Shown here piece after piece: positions 41,717 through 51,907 of a stretch of DNA of 64,000 nt. Made by a program: the position numbers and the translations under genes. A model generated the notes under the pieces. It worked only from the letters and a program-made list of their open reading frames with translations. It ran no database searches and was not told the DNA's origin. How positions within the stretch are numbered: the stretch's first letter is position 1; the number at the start of each line of letters is the position of its first letter. This DNA comes from an uncultured Chloroflexia bacterium (GTDB lineage Bacteria > Chloroflexota > Anaerolineae > CG2-30-64-16), in assembly GCA_963774265.1 (NCBI GenBank), contig CAVZDU010000007.1:448001-512000 (forward strand). The letters are read 5' to 3'.

Positions 41717-41890
41717 GGGGCTGCGGTTAGAAACCGCAGCCTGGCAGGCCAAACCTGCTGGCGCAGGTTACGACGAGCGTGCTTCAGCACGCTCGTTTTA
41801 TGTCAGACGCCGGTTTTCAACCGGCGGCGCGGTGGCGGTTCGAAACCGCGGGGCGCGGGGTGATGGCGGCCGTCGCCGCGGCTTCAACCG
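41717..41890. repeat. Cluster of stacked palindromes (REP/MITE-like)
   Basis: GGCTGCGGTT-AGA-AACCGCAGCC, AACCTGC-TGGC-GCAGGTT, ACGAGCGTGC-TTCA-GCACGCTCGT, CGCCGGTT-TTC-AACCGGCG, GCGGTT-CGA-AACCGC between convergent genes. Confidence 0.7.
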
Positions 41891-42693
41891 GCTTTAGGCT
41901 CGCCCAGCACCATCTCCTCCAAATCCTGCTCCGCCTGGCCGATCTTCGACCGGTACAGCGCAAGCTGTCTTTCGAAGGACGTGCCGAGATGGCTGGCGTT
42001 GTAGCCCGCGATCATCTGATTCAGCCAGTCACGGAGGACCTCGTCATCACCGTCCCGGTATTCGCCGGTGAAAGTGATCTCCGACAGCGGCAGCTTGGGC
42101 GGCATGGGGGGCCGCACGCCGCGGGCATATCCGAACACGATGGTCATGAGGGGGGTTACGCCTCCCGGCAGGCGCAGCTCGCGCGCCAGATAGCCGGCGT
42201 CCAGGAATCCACTTCGCCCTGTCTCAGACAGCATGACCGAAGCCACCCCCAGCGCCTCTGCAGCGACGTTCAACGCCATTGCGGCCAGCGAAGCGTTCAT
42301 CACCGCCAGCGTGTATTCCACCAGCGGACTCTTCGGGAACACATCGAGCACGCGCCTGGTCCGATGCGTGTCCGCCAGGATGATGATCGCGCGGCTAGCC
42401 TCGAACGGCAGGGGCCGCCCGAACTGCACGGTCCATTCAGCCGATGTGAAGGTCGCAAAGGACCACGTCTGGAGGTTCACCGCGGAGGGCGCCAGCCGGC
42501 CTGCTTCGAGGATCGCAGCGAACACGTCGTCAGGGATGGGGCGATCCTCAAAGCTGCGCACACTCCGCCGGTTCAGCAACACAGACAACAGGGCGTTGTC
42601 CTGCAAGGATTCGGGGATCTGCGGGCGCCCAGCCAGGATACGTGCGATGCTGCGCAGAAAAGTGACGGGCGCGAGAGGCTTGAGAAAATCCAT
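41884..42693 (-). CDS. Nitroreductase family flavoprotein
   Basis: RRSVRSF, APSAVNLQTW, AAEALGVAS, FGY. Confidence 0.9.
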   Translation of the reverse strand: MDFLKPLAPVTFLRSIARILAGRPQIPESLQDNALLSVLLNRRSVRSFEDRPIPDDVFAAILEAGRLAPSAVNLQTWSFATFTSAEWTVQFGRPLPFEASRAIIILADTHRTRRVLDVFPKSPLVEYTLAVMNASLAAMALNVAAEALGVASVMLSETGRSGFLDAGYLARELRLPGGVTPLMTIVFGYARGVRPPMPPKLPLSEITFTGEYRDGDDEVLRDWLNQMIAGYNASHLGTSFERQLALYRSKIGQAEQDLEEMVLGEPKAG

Positions 42694-42699
42694 CGAGGA

Positions 42700-43908
42700 T
42701 CAGTTCTCCGGCGGTTTTTCCGTCACGGAAAGGAACCCGCCGAACAGCCGGTACTCGTCCATCCGGCACGAGTTGATGAACTTTCCGTCGTAAATCGTGA
42801 TATCGGGGCAGGAGTCGCACATGTCAGCGCGTCCGTCGCCTTGCAGGTCGGGCGCCTGGATCACACCGACGCTCTGCACGTACACGGGGCGAAACAGCCG
42901 GACGGGGTTGCGCACCAGATCACTCAGGCGCCTACCCAAGGCCTTGCGCACCTTCGGATCCCAGGGCGACATCATGAAGGCCCACCCGCCCACGTTTGCT
43001 TCGGACAGGTATGCGAGGTACGTCCCCTTCAGCAGATGATGCCCTGCCTGAGCCACCTCCATGGTCTGTTTCCCGATTGCGCCGTATATGCGCCCTTTGG
43101 AGCCGATCACCGCGCCCGCAAGCCATTTGTAAGTGTCATGCCGCACCGTGCCGCCCAGGTATCCGGCAGCGTCGTATTCGGGGCACACCTTCTGCAGCAG
43201 CTCGTAGACCTCAGGCGAAGTCACGAATTCCTCGTCGAAGTGCTCCTTGACATAGCTCAACTTGCTCAGGTCCACCTGGTGGTCGGTCGCGTCGCTAGCC
43301 ACGTGCTCATCGAGCTTGGCCGTGCGGTAAGTGATGAATACCAATCCCTGCACCCGGTCGATGTTCGCCTGGCCCCACTTGAGAACATCCGGGATTTCTT
43401 TGAAGGTCGAGGGGTAAACGGTTGAGTTGAAGATGACGTACAGGCCCTCTTCGTCGTAAATCATATCGGCGAAGTGCTGGCGCAGCTCGTTGAGTTCACC
43501 CTCGTTCTTGCCCTTCCATTTTGGGCGGTTCTGATGGCTGTCAACGTGGATCGTGAAGCCGGCCAAACCGGCCTTCTTCAGTTCCTTCAGAATTTGAGGA
43601 TCGAGCGCGACGCCGTTTGTCAGGACAACGGGCTTGATGCCCTGCTCGTGGATGAATGCCACCAGGTCCACGATGTGCGGGTAGATCAACGGCTCGCCGC
43701 CCGCGATGGACACATTATCCGGGTTGCGCCACCGCTTAAACAAGAGGACTTCTTCCTTGACCTGGTCAAGGGTTTTGTGGCCGGTCATATGCTGGCGGTA
43801 GCACCCTTCACAGTGGATGTTACAGATGTCGGTGACTTCCAACCAGGCGATCGGGTTGTCGTTGAGCGACCATGGAAAGCGATAGAGATTGCGTTTTTCG
43901 AGGGTCAT
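42700..43908 (-). CDS. Radical SAM enzyme of unknown function
   Basis: CNIHCEGC, GGEP, LTNG; extra C-terminal Cys (MCDSCPD...SCR). Confidence 0.9.
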   Translation of the reverse strand: MTLEKRNLYRFPWSLNDNPIAWLEVTDICNIHCEGCYRQHMTGHKTLDQVKEEVLLFKRWRNPDNVSIAGGEPLIYPHIVDLVAFIHEQGIKPVVLTNGVALDPQILKELKKAGLAGFTIHVDSHQNRPKWKGKNEGELNELRQHFADMIYDEEGLYVIFNSTVYPSTFKEIPDVLKWGQANIDRVQGLVFITYRTAKLDEHVASDATDHQVDLSKLSYVKEHFDEEFVTSPEVYELLQKVCPEYDAAGYLGGTVRHDTYKWLAGAVIGSKGRIYGAIGKQTMEVAQAGHHLLKGTYLAYLSEANVGGWAFMMSPWDPKVRKALGRRLSDLVRNPVRLFRPVYVQSVGVIQAPDLQGDGRADMCDSCPDITIYDGKFINSCRMDEYRLFGGFLSVTEKPPEN

Positions 43909-44130
43909 GATGCCTCCGGGTGAGAATGAGACCAGGTGCAAATAGGGCGAGCGCAGGGCACCCATCGGTCCAGACGCGCGTGTAACCGTTGCCCGAACCG
44001 CGAGTCAGTGGGGTTGACGGACAAGAAACAGGATGTCAGGATAGAGTGTGCCACAAGTTCGTGGTGCGGGCAAGCGTACGATCACGCTCGATCCCATACC
44101 CCAGGTGCCCGCATACCCCAGGTGTACCCC

Positions 44131-44163
44131 AGGTGCCCGGCACTTCGCAAGTGCCGGGCACCT
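44131..44163. repeat. REP-like palindrome, copy 3
   Basis: AGGTGCCCGGCACTT-CGC-AAGTGCCGGGCACCT, preceded by repeated ACCCCAGGTG partial units. Confidence 0.82.
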
Positions 44164-44192
44164 CTCGGGAGGCACCTGTGGCGTCTTTGGGC

Positions 44193-45870
44193 CTACAGCG
44201 CCAGCCAGCGATAACCGCTTGGCGGCAACGCCAGGGACAATGGTGCTTGTGTCACTGCATCCAGCCGTTCGCCCGTGAACAGGTCGACAGGCGTCGCGCC
44301 GGCAAACGCGGAGAGGTCCAGGGCCACGCTCTGCGGCTCAGTCGAGAGGTTGTTCACCGACAACAGGGTCACGCCATTCCAGCTTCGCAGGAAGGCCAGA
44401 ACCGCCTTATTACGGGGCTCCAGCACTTTGAAGTCCCCACGGCCGAAGGTCGGGTTAGCCTTTCGAACCGCCATCATCGTCCGTATCCGGTTCAGCAGTG
44501 AGCCGGCATCCCCGCGCTGCTGTGCCACGTTCACCCGCTGATACCCGGAGGTGTCATCACTGATGAGCGGGAAGTAGAATTTCGATGGGTCCGCGTCGGA
44601 GAAGCCCGCGCCGGGCGTATGGTTCCACTGCATCGGCGTTCGTACGCCGCCGCGATCGTCGAGCCAGATATTGTCGCCCATGCCGATCTCATCGCCGTAG
44701 TAAATCACCGGCGAGCCCGGGAGCGTGAAGAGGATCGAGTTTGCCAATTCGATTCTTGCGCGGTCATTGCCGAGCAGCGGGGCCAGCCGCCGCCGGATCC
44801 CCAGGTTCAGGCGCATGCGAGGCTCGGGCGCGTAGAAGTCCCACATGAACTTGCGTTCCTCAGGGGTCACCATCTCCAGCGTCAGCTCGTCGTGACAGCG
44901 GAGGAAGGTTCCCCACTGGCACCCCTTGGGCAGAGGCGGCGTACGAGCCAGGATCTCCAGGATAGGAGTACGGTCGGCCCGTGCCAGCGCCATGTAGATG
45001 CGAGGCATGACGGGGAAGTGGAAGTTCATGTGGAATTCATCGCCGGGGATCTCCGGGTTGTTCAGATCACCGCCGAAGTACGGCCGCACATCCTCGGGCC
45101 ATTGATTCGCTTCGGATAGGAGCATTGTGCCCGGCGCGTAGCCGTCGACGAACGAGCGCACCCGCTTGAGATACGCGTGCGTCTCCGGAAGGTTCTCGCA
45201 GCTGGTCCCCTCGCGTTCGATCAGGTAAGGGGTTGCATCGACCCGGAAGGCGTCCACGCCCAAGTCCATCCAGAACTGCACGACCCGCAGCATCGCGCGC
45301 TGCACTTCGGGGTTGTCATAATTGAGGTCCGGCTGATGGCTGAAGAAACGATGCCAGTAATACTGCCCGCGCAGCGGCTCGAAGGTCCAGTTGGACGGCA
45401 CCGAGTCGATGAAGATGATGCGGGCATCCTTGTACTTCTGATCCGTATCGCTCCAGACATACCAATCACGGTACTTCTTGTGTTCGGGGTGGCTGGGATC
45501 GCCGCGAAGCCTGAAACCATGCGTTCTGGTCCGAAGTGTGGTTCGGAACCATTTCGACCACGACTTTCAGTCCGAGGCGGTGGGCCTCCGTGACGAGCGC
45601 CTTGAAGTCGTCGAGATTTCCGTAGTCTGGGTGAATGGCGGTGTAGTCCGCCACGTCGTATCCGTCATCGCGCAGAGGAGACGGGCAAATGGGCAGCATC
45701 CACACGGCGTCGATGCCCAGCCATTGGAGGTGTTCCAGCTTTGCGGTCAGACCGGCAAGGTCCCCGATGCCGTCGCCGTTACTATCGGCGTACGCACGCA
45801 CGAAGACTTCGTAGAAGACGGCATCCTTGTACCAGGTGGGATCGGTGTTGGTGAGCGGATCAGATAGCAT
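44193..45870 (-). CDS. treS: Trehalose synthase (maltose alpha-D-glucosyltransferase; frameshift near 45500)
   Basis: [66 protein letters not shown]. Confidence 0.93.
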
Positions 45871-45970
45871 GGCGATTTCTTCTCCATCGAATGGTGATCA
45901 GCCAATAGCGCTGGGAAGATTGTAGCACACACTATGGGGCTTGACGATTAGTCATCTGGATGATGTCGCC

Positions 45971-48455
45971 TCAGTTGAGGTCGTGCACCGTCCGCTGAAT
46001 GATGTCGTCCTGCGTGGCCCGGTCCAGGGTCACGAACAGGGCGCTGTATCCTGCCACCCGGACCACCAGGTCGCGGTACTCCTCGGGGTTGCGCTGGGCT
46101 GCCCGCAGGGTCTCTGTGTCCACCGTGTTGAACTGCACGTGCCAGACCTTGAGACTGGTCAGCCCGCGCAACAAGGACGCCAGGCGCCGCAGGCCGGCGT
46201 CAGTGGCCAGGGACGACAGGCGCCAGGCGCAGGTTGAGCAGCTGAGCCAGCATGCGGATGTTGGGCAACCTGGATATGGAGCGCAGCACGGCGGTCGGTC
46301 CGGCGGTGTCGGTGCCGTGCACCGGCGACATGCCTTCGGCGATGGGCTCGCCGGCGCGGCGGCCGTCCGGCGTGGCGCCAACTTTAGCGCCCATCGGCAC
46401 GTTGGCCGAGATGTTGCTGCTCGACCCGGCATAGCCGCCGCCGATCGGCCCGCGGCCATAGCGCGAGTTGTGATACTTGACCATCTCGTCCAGGTAGTCG
46501 TCGTAGACGCGCACGGCCAGGCTATCCACCTCTTCCAGGTCGTTGCCGTACTTGGGCGCGCCCAGAAGGCGCTGGCGCACGACCTCGCCGTTGGTCCCCT
46601 CGAAGTTGTCGGCAAGCGCGCTCGGCCAGCTCGGCCGCGGTCAGCTTGCCTTCGTCATACACCAGCTGCTTGAGCGCCATCAGGGCGTTGGCCACGTTCG
46701 TGATGCCTGATTGCAGGCCGCTGACGATGTCGTATCGGGCGCCGCCCTCCTTGATCGTCAGGCCGCGCGCCAGGCAGTCGTCGACCAGCGCGGAGGCGAA
46801 GGCATCCGGCACCATCTCTTCGAGACATGTGTCGGCCACGGCATCCAGGTGGAAGGCGGTGCGGGCGTCGCGCATGTACTGGCCGTGGAACGCTGCGTAC
46901 AGATCTTCGAAGGTGGCAAATTCGGACAACGAGCCCGTGCCGGCCAGCAACTGGCGCCCGGTGCGGGAATCCACCCCGTTGTTCAAGGCCAGCTCCAGCA
47001 CTTTCAGCACGTTCAGGAAGGCCATGCCGGTGACCCGGTAGCCCCACTTGCCCGGCACAGCGGTTTCTACGCAGCCCACGATGGCGTAGTTGTAGGCATC
47101 GGGCGATGCCACGCCTTTTTCGAGCAGGGACGGGATGATGATCTCGTCGTTCTTGATGGCCGGCATGCCGAAGCCCAGGCGGATGGTGCGGCCGCACTCC
47201 ATCAGGAAGCGGTCGGGCGTGCCGCTGTGGATGCGTGCTGAGACGTTGGGCTGGGTCAGCCGGATGCTACGGATCGTTTCCAGCACCATGTACGAGATGT
47301 CGTTGGTGGAATCCTGGCCGTCCTCGGTCTGCCCACCGATCGTAACGTTCTGGTAGGTGGCATAGCCGATGCCGAAGCGGGTGTGGTCCCACGGCCGCAC
47401 CTTGTTGATGGAAAAGAGCTTGAGCCAAAGCAGCTCGAGCAGTTCGTGGGCCTGCGACGCGTCAGGCGGCCGGCCGCCAGGTCGGCCTGGTAGTACGGAT
47501 AGGTGTACGGTCCAGGCGCCCGAGTGAGAACGAGTGGCCGTTGCTCTCGATCTGGCTGAGCACGTGCACGAAGAAGGCCGACTGCAGGGCCTCCCAGAAG
47601 GTGCGGGCGGGTCGGGCCGGCACCTGGCGGCAGTTCGCGGCGATCTGGCGCAGCTCGGCCTGGCGCTCCGCTGAGACGCCGGGCAGAGCGGCCAGCCGTT
47701 CTGCCTCCACGCTGTAACGCCCGGCGAAGCGCATGGCCGCCTTGAGGGTGATGATGGCCGCCTGCAGGAAGGGCCGCTTCTTGAAATTCGATGGCCTCGT
47801 AGGGCGAGAGGGTGGCCAGAGCCTCTTCGGCTTCGACAAGGACCCCTTCCAACCCCACCTTGATCACCTTTTCCAGCTCCAGGATGATGTGCCCGTCGCC
47901 GGAGGTGATGTTGCCCCGGCCTGAGATCACGCCCATGACCTGGGCCTCTGTCACGTCGTCGGGCATCACGGCTTTGACCCGGTCGTTGAGGGTCTTGCCG
48001 CGCCAGGCCGGCACGATCGTCTCCAGGATGTCTTCCCTGACCTGGGGGCTGACCTCGAAGCGGTCCGCCGAGCGCCTGGGGAACTCGTCGATCTCATCGG
48101 CCAGGAAGTCGACCAGGTATTCCGGGAAGATGGGCGCGGCGCGCGGCGCGCTGGCCTGGTTGCCGACGATCAGCTCTCCCTCGTCGATGTAGATCGACAT
48201 ATGGTCCAGGGTGTAGGCAAAGGCCCTGGCGCGGCGCAGCACCACCGGATCGCCCGCATGGGCGGCATAGGCCTCGGTCACCATCAGGCCGCGCTCAGAG
48301 CACAGGCTGGGATTCGTGTTGATGAGCTTCTCACGCAGGCGTGCAACGCGTGGCGTCGAGCCGGCCGGCATCTTCTTGTTAGCCTTGGGGGCTGCGGCCG
48401 CGTCCGCCGCGTCCTCGACAGCCGGCCTGGTCATATCCTCAGTCATCACAGACAT
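45971..48455 (-). CDS. Glycyl radical enzyme, YbiW-like (five frameshifts; could be a pseudogene)
   Basis: GNITSGDGH, QIESNGHS, YQNVTIGGQ, Cys loop GCVETAVPGKWGYR, Gly loop VRVAGYSALF; frame changes near 47785, 47510, 47458, 46620 and 46220. Confidence 0.88.
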
Positions 48456-48481
48456 TGCGAATTCCCCTCTCCCTGATCGTG

Positions 48482-50929
48482 TCACACGTTGCTATACGCC
48501 GTACGTTGAATGATCTCATCCTGCAGTTTGCGATCCAGCTCAGTGAAGTAGGCGCTGTAGCCTGCCACCCGCACCACCAGCCCCCGGTACTCCTCAGGGT
48601 GCAGCTGGGCCTGGCTCAGCGTCTCGGCCGACACCACGTTGAACTGGACGTGGGGTATCTTGAGCCGGCAGAAGCCCCGCAGCAGAAGGGCGAATTTGTC
48701 CAGGGCGGGCATGCCGGCGAAGAAGGACGGCAGGAATTTCATGTTGAGCAGGGTGCCGTTGGAGGCCAGCTCCAGGTTCAGCTTGCTCACCGAATGCAGC
48801 ACGGCGGTCGCGCCGCGCAGGTCGCGACCGGCGGCGGGCGAGAGACCGCCATCGGCCAGCGGTTCGTGGGCACGCCGGCCATCCGGGGTGGCGCCAACCG
48901 CGGCGCCCATCGGCACGTGGGCCGACACCGTGTAGAAGCCGCCCTGGTACTCGCCCCCGCGTAGCGTGGTGTATCGGCTGACCAGTTCGCTGAAGCGATC
49001 GCCGAAGCGCCGCGCATACTGGTCGACCCGCTCGTCATCGTTACCGAACTTGGGGGCCAGGTTGATCAGGCGCTGGCGCAGGACCTCTTGCCCCTCGAAA
49101 TTGGCGCGCAGGGCGGCCAGCAGGCCGGCTGCGCTCACCCAGTGCTGCTGCATGACCGCGGCCTCAACCGCCGCCAGACTGTCGGCGACGTTGGCGATCT
49201 GCACCCCCTGCACGCCCGAGAAGTTGTAGCGTGCTCCGCCCGCGGTCACGTCCAGGCCGCGCTCGATACAGTCCAGGATGACCGATGACAGGAAGGGGGA
49301 TGGCAAGAGCTCGGCATGCAGCCGGTCGATGACGTTGCAGCCCTGCACCATGAGATCGACGAAATGGACCAGTTGCCTGTCGTAGGCGTCCAGCAGCTCC
49401 TCAAAATTGTCCATCTGGTCCAACGGCCGCGTGGCCAGGCCGACCTGGGCGCCGTCCTGCGGGTTTTGCCCGCCGAAGAGGGTCAGCTCCAGGATACGCG
49501 TCATGTTGAACATGGCCGCGTCGCTCCAGCCGAGAGCGCGGCCCGGGCATGAAAGCTCGACACAGCCGACAACCGCGTAGTCCATCGCCAGTTCGCGCGG
49601 GATGCCCCGCCGGACCTGGCCGGGGACGATCACTTCGTCGTTGAAGACCTGGGGCATGCCGCTGCCCTTGCTGATCACGAAGGACGCCGCGCGCAGGAAA
49701 TCCTGGGGCGAGCCGGGATGGATGCGGATACCCAGGTTCGGTTGGGTGAGGCCGAGATCGGCCTGGGCGCGCAAGCACATGTAGCTCAGCGGATTGGTGG
49801 CGTCGCCGCCTTGGGGCAGCTGGCCGCCGGTGATCAGGTTGAAGCCGATGGGGAAGCCTGCGAAGTAGCGGGCGCTCTTGCTGCTGCGGAGCAGTACAAT
49901 CTCGTTGAATTTGAGCCAGAACGGCTCCAACCACGCCTGGGCCTCCCCCAGTGTGAGGCGGCCCGCGTTCAGGTCTGCCGCCAGGTAGGGCCACAGTGTC
50001 TGGTCCAGCCGGCCCAGCGAGAAGCTGCTCGCGTTGGATTCAATCTGGAGCATCACGAAGAGGAACCAGACCGCCTGCAGCGCCTCGGGAAAGTCACGCG
50101 CCGGGTGCTCGGCCAGCCAGCGGCACGTGGCCGCGATCTGGCGCAGCTCGGCTCGCCGCGCCGCATCGGTCTCCCCGCCGGCCTGGTCATCGGCCAGGCT
50201 GGCGAAACGCAGGATGAACTCGCTCCCCGCCTGCAGCGTGATCAGCAGTGACGAGTAGAAGACCTGCTGGCCATCCCCCTTTGCTTCAGACTTCTGCCTG
50301 GCAGCTTCGACCGCGCTGCGCAGCCCTCCCAGCCCCGAGCGCAGCCAGCCCTGCACGTCCGGCAAAATATGCCCCTGGCTGTGGTCAGTCTGGTTGAGGC
50401 TGAAAGCGCCGCCCTGGGTGGCGTGTTTGACCTCGGCAGGCACCCGCGCCGCCACCCGGTCTTCCAGGGTCTGGCCGCGCCAATAGGGGAAAATCTCCTC
50501 GCGCAGCTCACGAATCTCCTCGGGAGTGATCTCAAACTTGTCCTGCGGCCGGGTGTGCAGCACTTCCAGCTCACGGTCCACCCAGTCCACCGCACCCTCG
50601 GGCGCGATCACACCCATGCGCGGCAGCAGAGACCTGTTGCCCACGATCCGCTCGTCCTCATAGATCGCAATGGACATGTGCCGGACGTTGTGCAGCAGCA
50701 TTTTGGCCCGGCGGATGGCCATCGGCTCGCCCTCGGTCTGCCGGTAGCTCTCAGTCGTATAGCGCGCTCGCTCCAGGTCGATGCGTCGCGGGGTGTGCAG
50801 GAGGCGTTCCTTGATGCGCAGGGCGCGCGGGTCCGTGTGGGTGCTGGACCACTCAGCGGGCGGGAACGCAAGAACCGGGTTCGCTTCCAGCGCCGCCACC
50901 CCAGGTGCTTCTTTCACGATGAAGGACAT
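48482..50929 (-). CDS. Glycyl radical enzyme, PflD-like
   Basis: NQTD..QGH, ESNASS, YFAGFP.G, Cys loop GCVELS.PG, GWSD, YTVSAHV, Gly loop VRVAGYSAYF. Confidence 0.92.
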   Translation of the reverse strand: MSFIVKEAPGVAALEANPVLAFPPAEWSSTHTDPRALRIKERLLHTPRRIDLERARYTTESYRQTEGEPMAIRRAKMLLHNVRHMSIAIYEDERIVGNRSLLPRMGVIAPEGAVDWVDRELEVLHTRPQDKFEITPEEIRELREEIFPYWRGQTLEDRVAARVPAEVKHATQGGAFSLNQTDHSQGHILPDVQGWLRSGLGGLRSAVEAARQKSEAKGDGQQVFYSSLLITLQAGSEFILRFASLADDQAGGETDAARRAELRQIAATCRWLAEHPARDFPEALQAVWFLFVMLQIESNASSFSLGRLDQTLWPYLAADLNAGRLTLGEAQAWLEPFWLKFNEIVLLRSSKSARYFAGFPIGFNLITGGQLPQGGDATNPLSYMCLRAQADLGLTQPNLGIRIHPGSPQDFLRAASFVISKGSGMPQVFNDEVIVPGQVRRGIPRELAMDYAVVGCVELSCPGRALGWSDAAMFNMTRILELTLFGGQNPQDGAQVGLATRPLDQMDNFEELLDAYDRQLVHFVDLMVQGCNVIDRLHAELLPSPFLSSVILDCIERGLDVTAGGARYNFSGVQGVQIANVADSLAAVEAAVMQQHWVSAAGLLAALRANFEGQEVLRQRLINLAPKFGNDDERVDQYARRFGDRFSELVSRYTTLRGGEYQGGFYTVSAHVPMGAAVGATPDGRRAHEPLADGGLSPAAGRDLRGATAVLHSVSKLNLELASNGTLLNMKFLPSFFAGMPALDKFALLLRGFCRLKIPHVQFNVVSAETLSQAQLHPEEYRGLVVRVAGYSAYFTELDRKLQDEIIQRTAYSNV

Positions 50930-50941
50930 GCTTCCTCTCGT

Positions 50942-51907
50942 TCAGCCCCCTACGGTTACGGCCAGGCCGTAACTGCGCACGATGCCGGCCAGCCCGGCCA
51001 CCTGCTCATCGGATAGAGTCGGGTAGTCTGCCCAGGGGTAGGTTTTTCCGATGACCGTGTACTTGCCTCGCCCCAATGCGTGATACGGGAGCAGGTCCAC
51101 TCGCTGGGAGGGCAGATTCAGATCGACCACCAGGGCCGCCACCGCCTGAATGGTTTCTGCAGTGGCGTTGAAGCCGGGAATGAGAGGCACCCGCACAATC
51201 ACCGGGGCAGCCAGCCTGGCAAGGTGGCGCAGGTTTTCCAGGATGAGCGTGTTGTCGACGCCGGTATATTGGCGGTGGATCTCCCCATCCAGGTGCTTCA
51301 CATCAAACAGCACCGTGTCCAGGAAAGGCAGGCAGCGTTCGAATGAGCGCCAGGGCGCCTGTCCGGTGGTCTCGATGGCCGTGTTGATGCAATCCGCATG
51401 GGCCAGGCGCAGCAGCGCCTCGGCCAGGTCCGGCTGAAGCAGCGGCTCGCCGCCGCTCAATGTGAGGCCGCCGTCCCCCTGATAGAAGGGCACGTCCCGG
51501 CGCACCTCGGCCATGATGCTGCCCGCGGTGCGCCGCTGGCCGATCCAGCGGACGCCGCGCGCCGGGCAGGCCTGGGCGCGCGTATCGAACTCGGACACCA
51601 ACTCCTGCTTCCAGCGCGTGTCTGCATGGGCCTGCCATGCCGCGGGACAGCTCTTGTCGAACTGGCCGCAGCTGATGCAGTTCACTGCAAAAACGGCGAT
51701 CTCGGGGCTCATCTGCTGCGACTCCGGATTGGCACACCAGCCGCAGCGCAGCGGGCAGCCTTTAAAGAACACAGTGGTGCGTAAACCCGGGCCGTCGTGC
51801 AGGCTGTAGCGCTGGATGTCGAAGACCGTGCCTTCGACCGCCTCACACGCCTCGAGTTCGACAAGGCTCATCCCGGTAACCAACAGTTCGTCAACACAAG
51901 TTATCAT
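50942..51907 (-). CDS. Glycyl-radical enzyme activating protein
   Basis: DIQRYSLHDGPGLRT.VFFKGCPLRCGWCANPES, SGGEP, RVPLIPG, LPYH; start may be 51871. Confidence 0.95.
   Translation of the reverse strand: MITCVDELLVTGMSLVELEACEAVEGTVFDIQRYSLHDGPGLRTTVFFKGCPLRCGWCANPESQQMSPEIAVFAVNCISCGQFDKSCPAAWQAHADTRWKQELVSEFDTRAQACPARGVRWIGQRRTAGSIMAEVRRDVPFYQGDGGLTLSGGEPLLQPDLAEALLRLAHADCINTAIETTGQAPWRSFERCLPFLDTVLFDVKHLDGEIHRQYTGVDNTLILENLRHLARLAAPVIVRVPLIPGFNATAETIQAVAALVVDLNLPSQRVDLLPYHALGRGKYTVIGKTYPWADYPTLSDEQVAGLAGIVRSYGLAVTVGG

Noticed and set aside
27592-44163. Palindromic repeats as a CRISPR array
   Set aside because: Copies are kilobases apart, there are no regular spacers and no cas genes.
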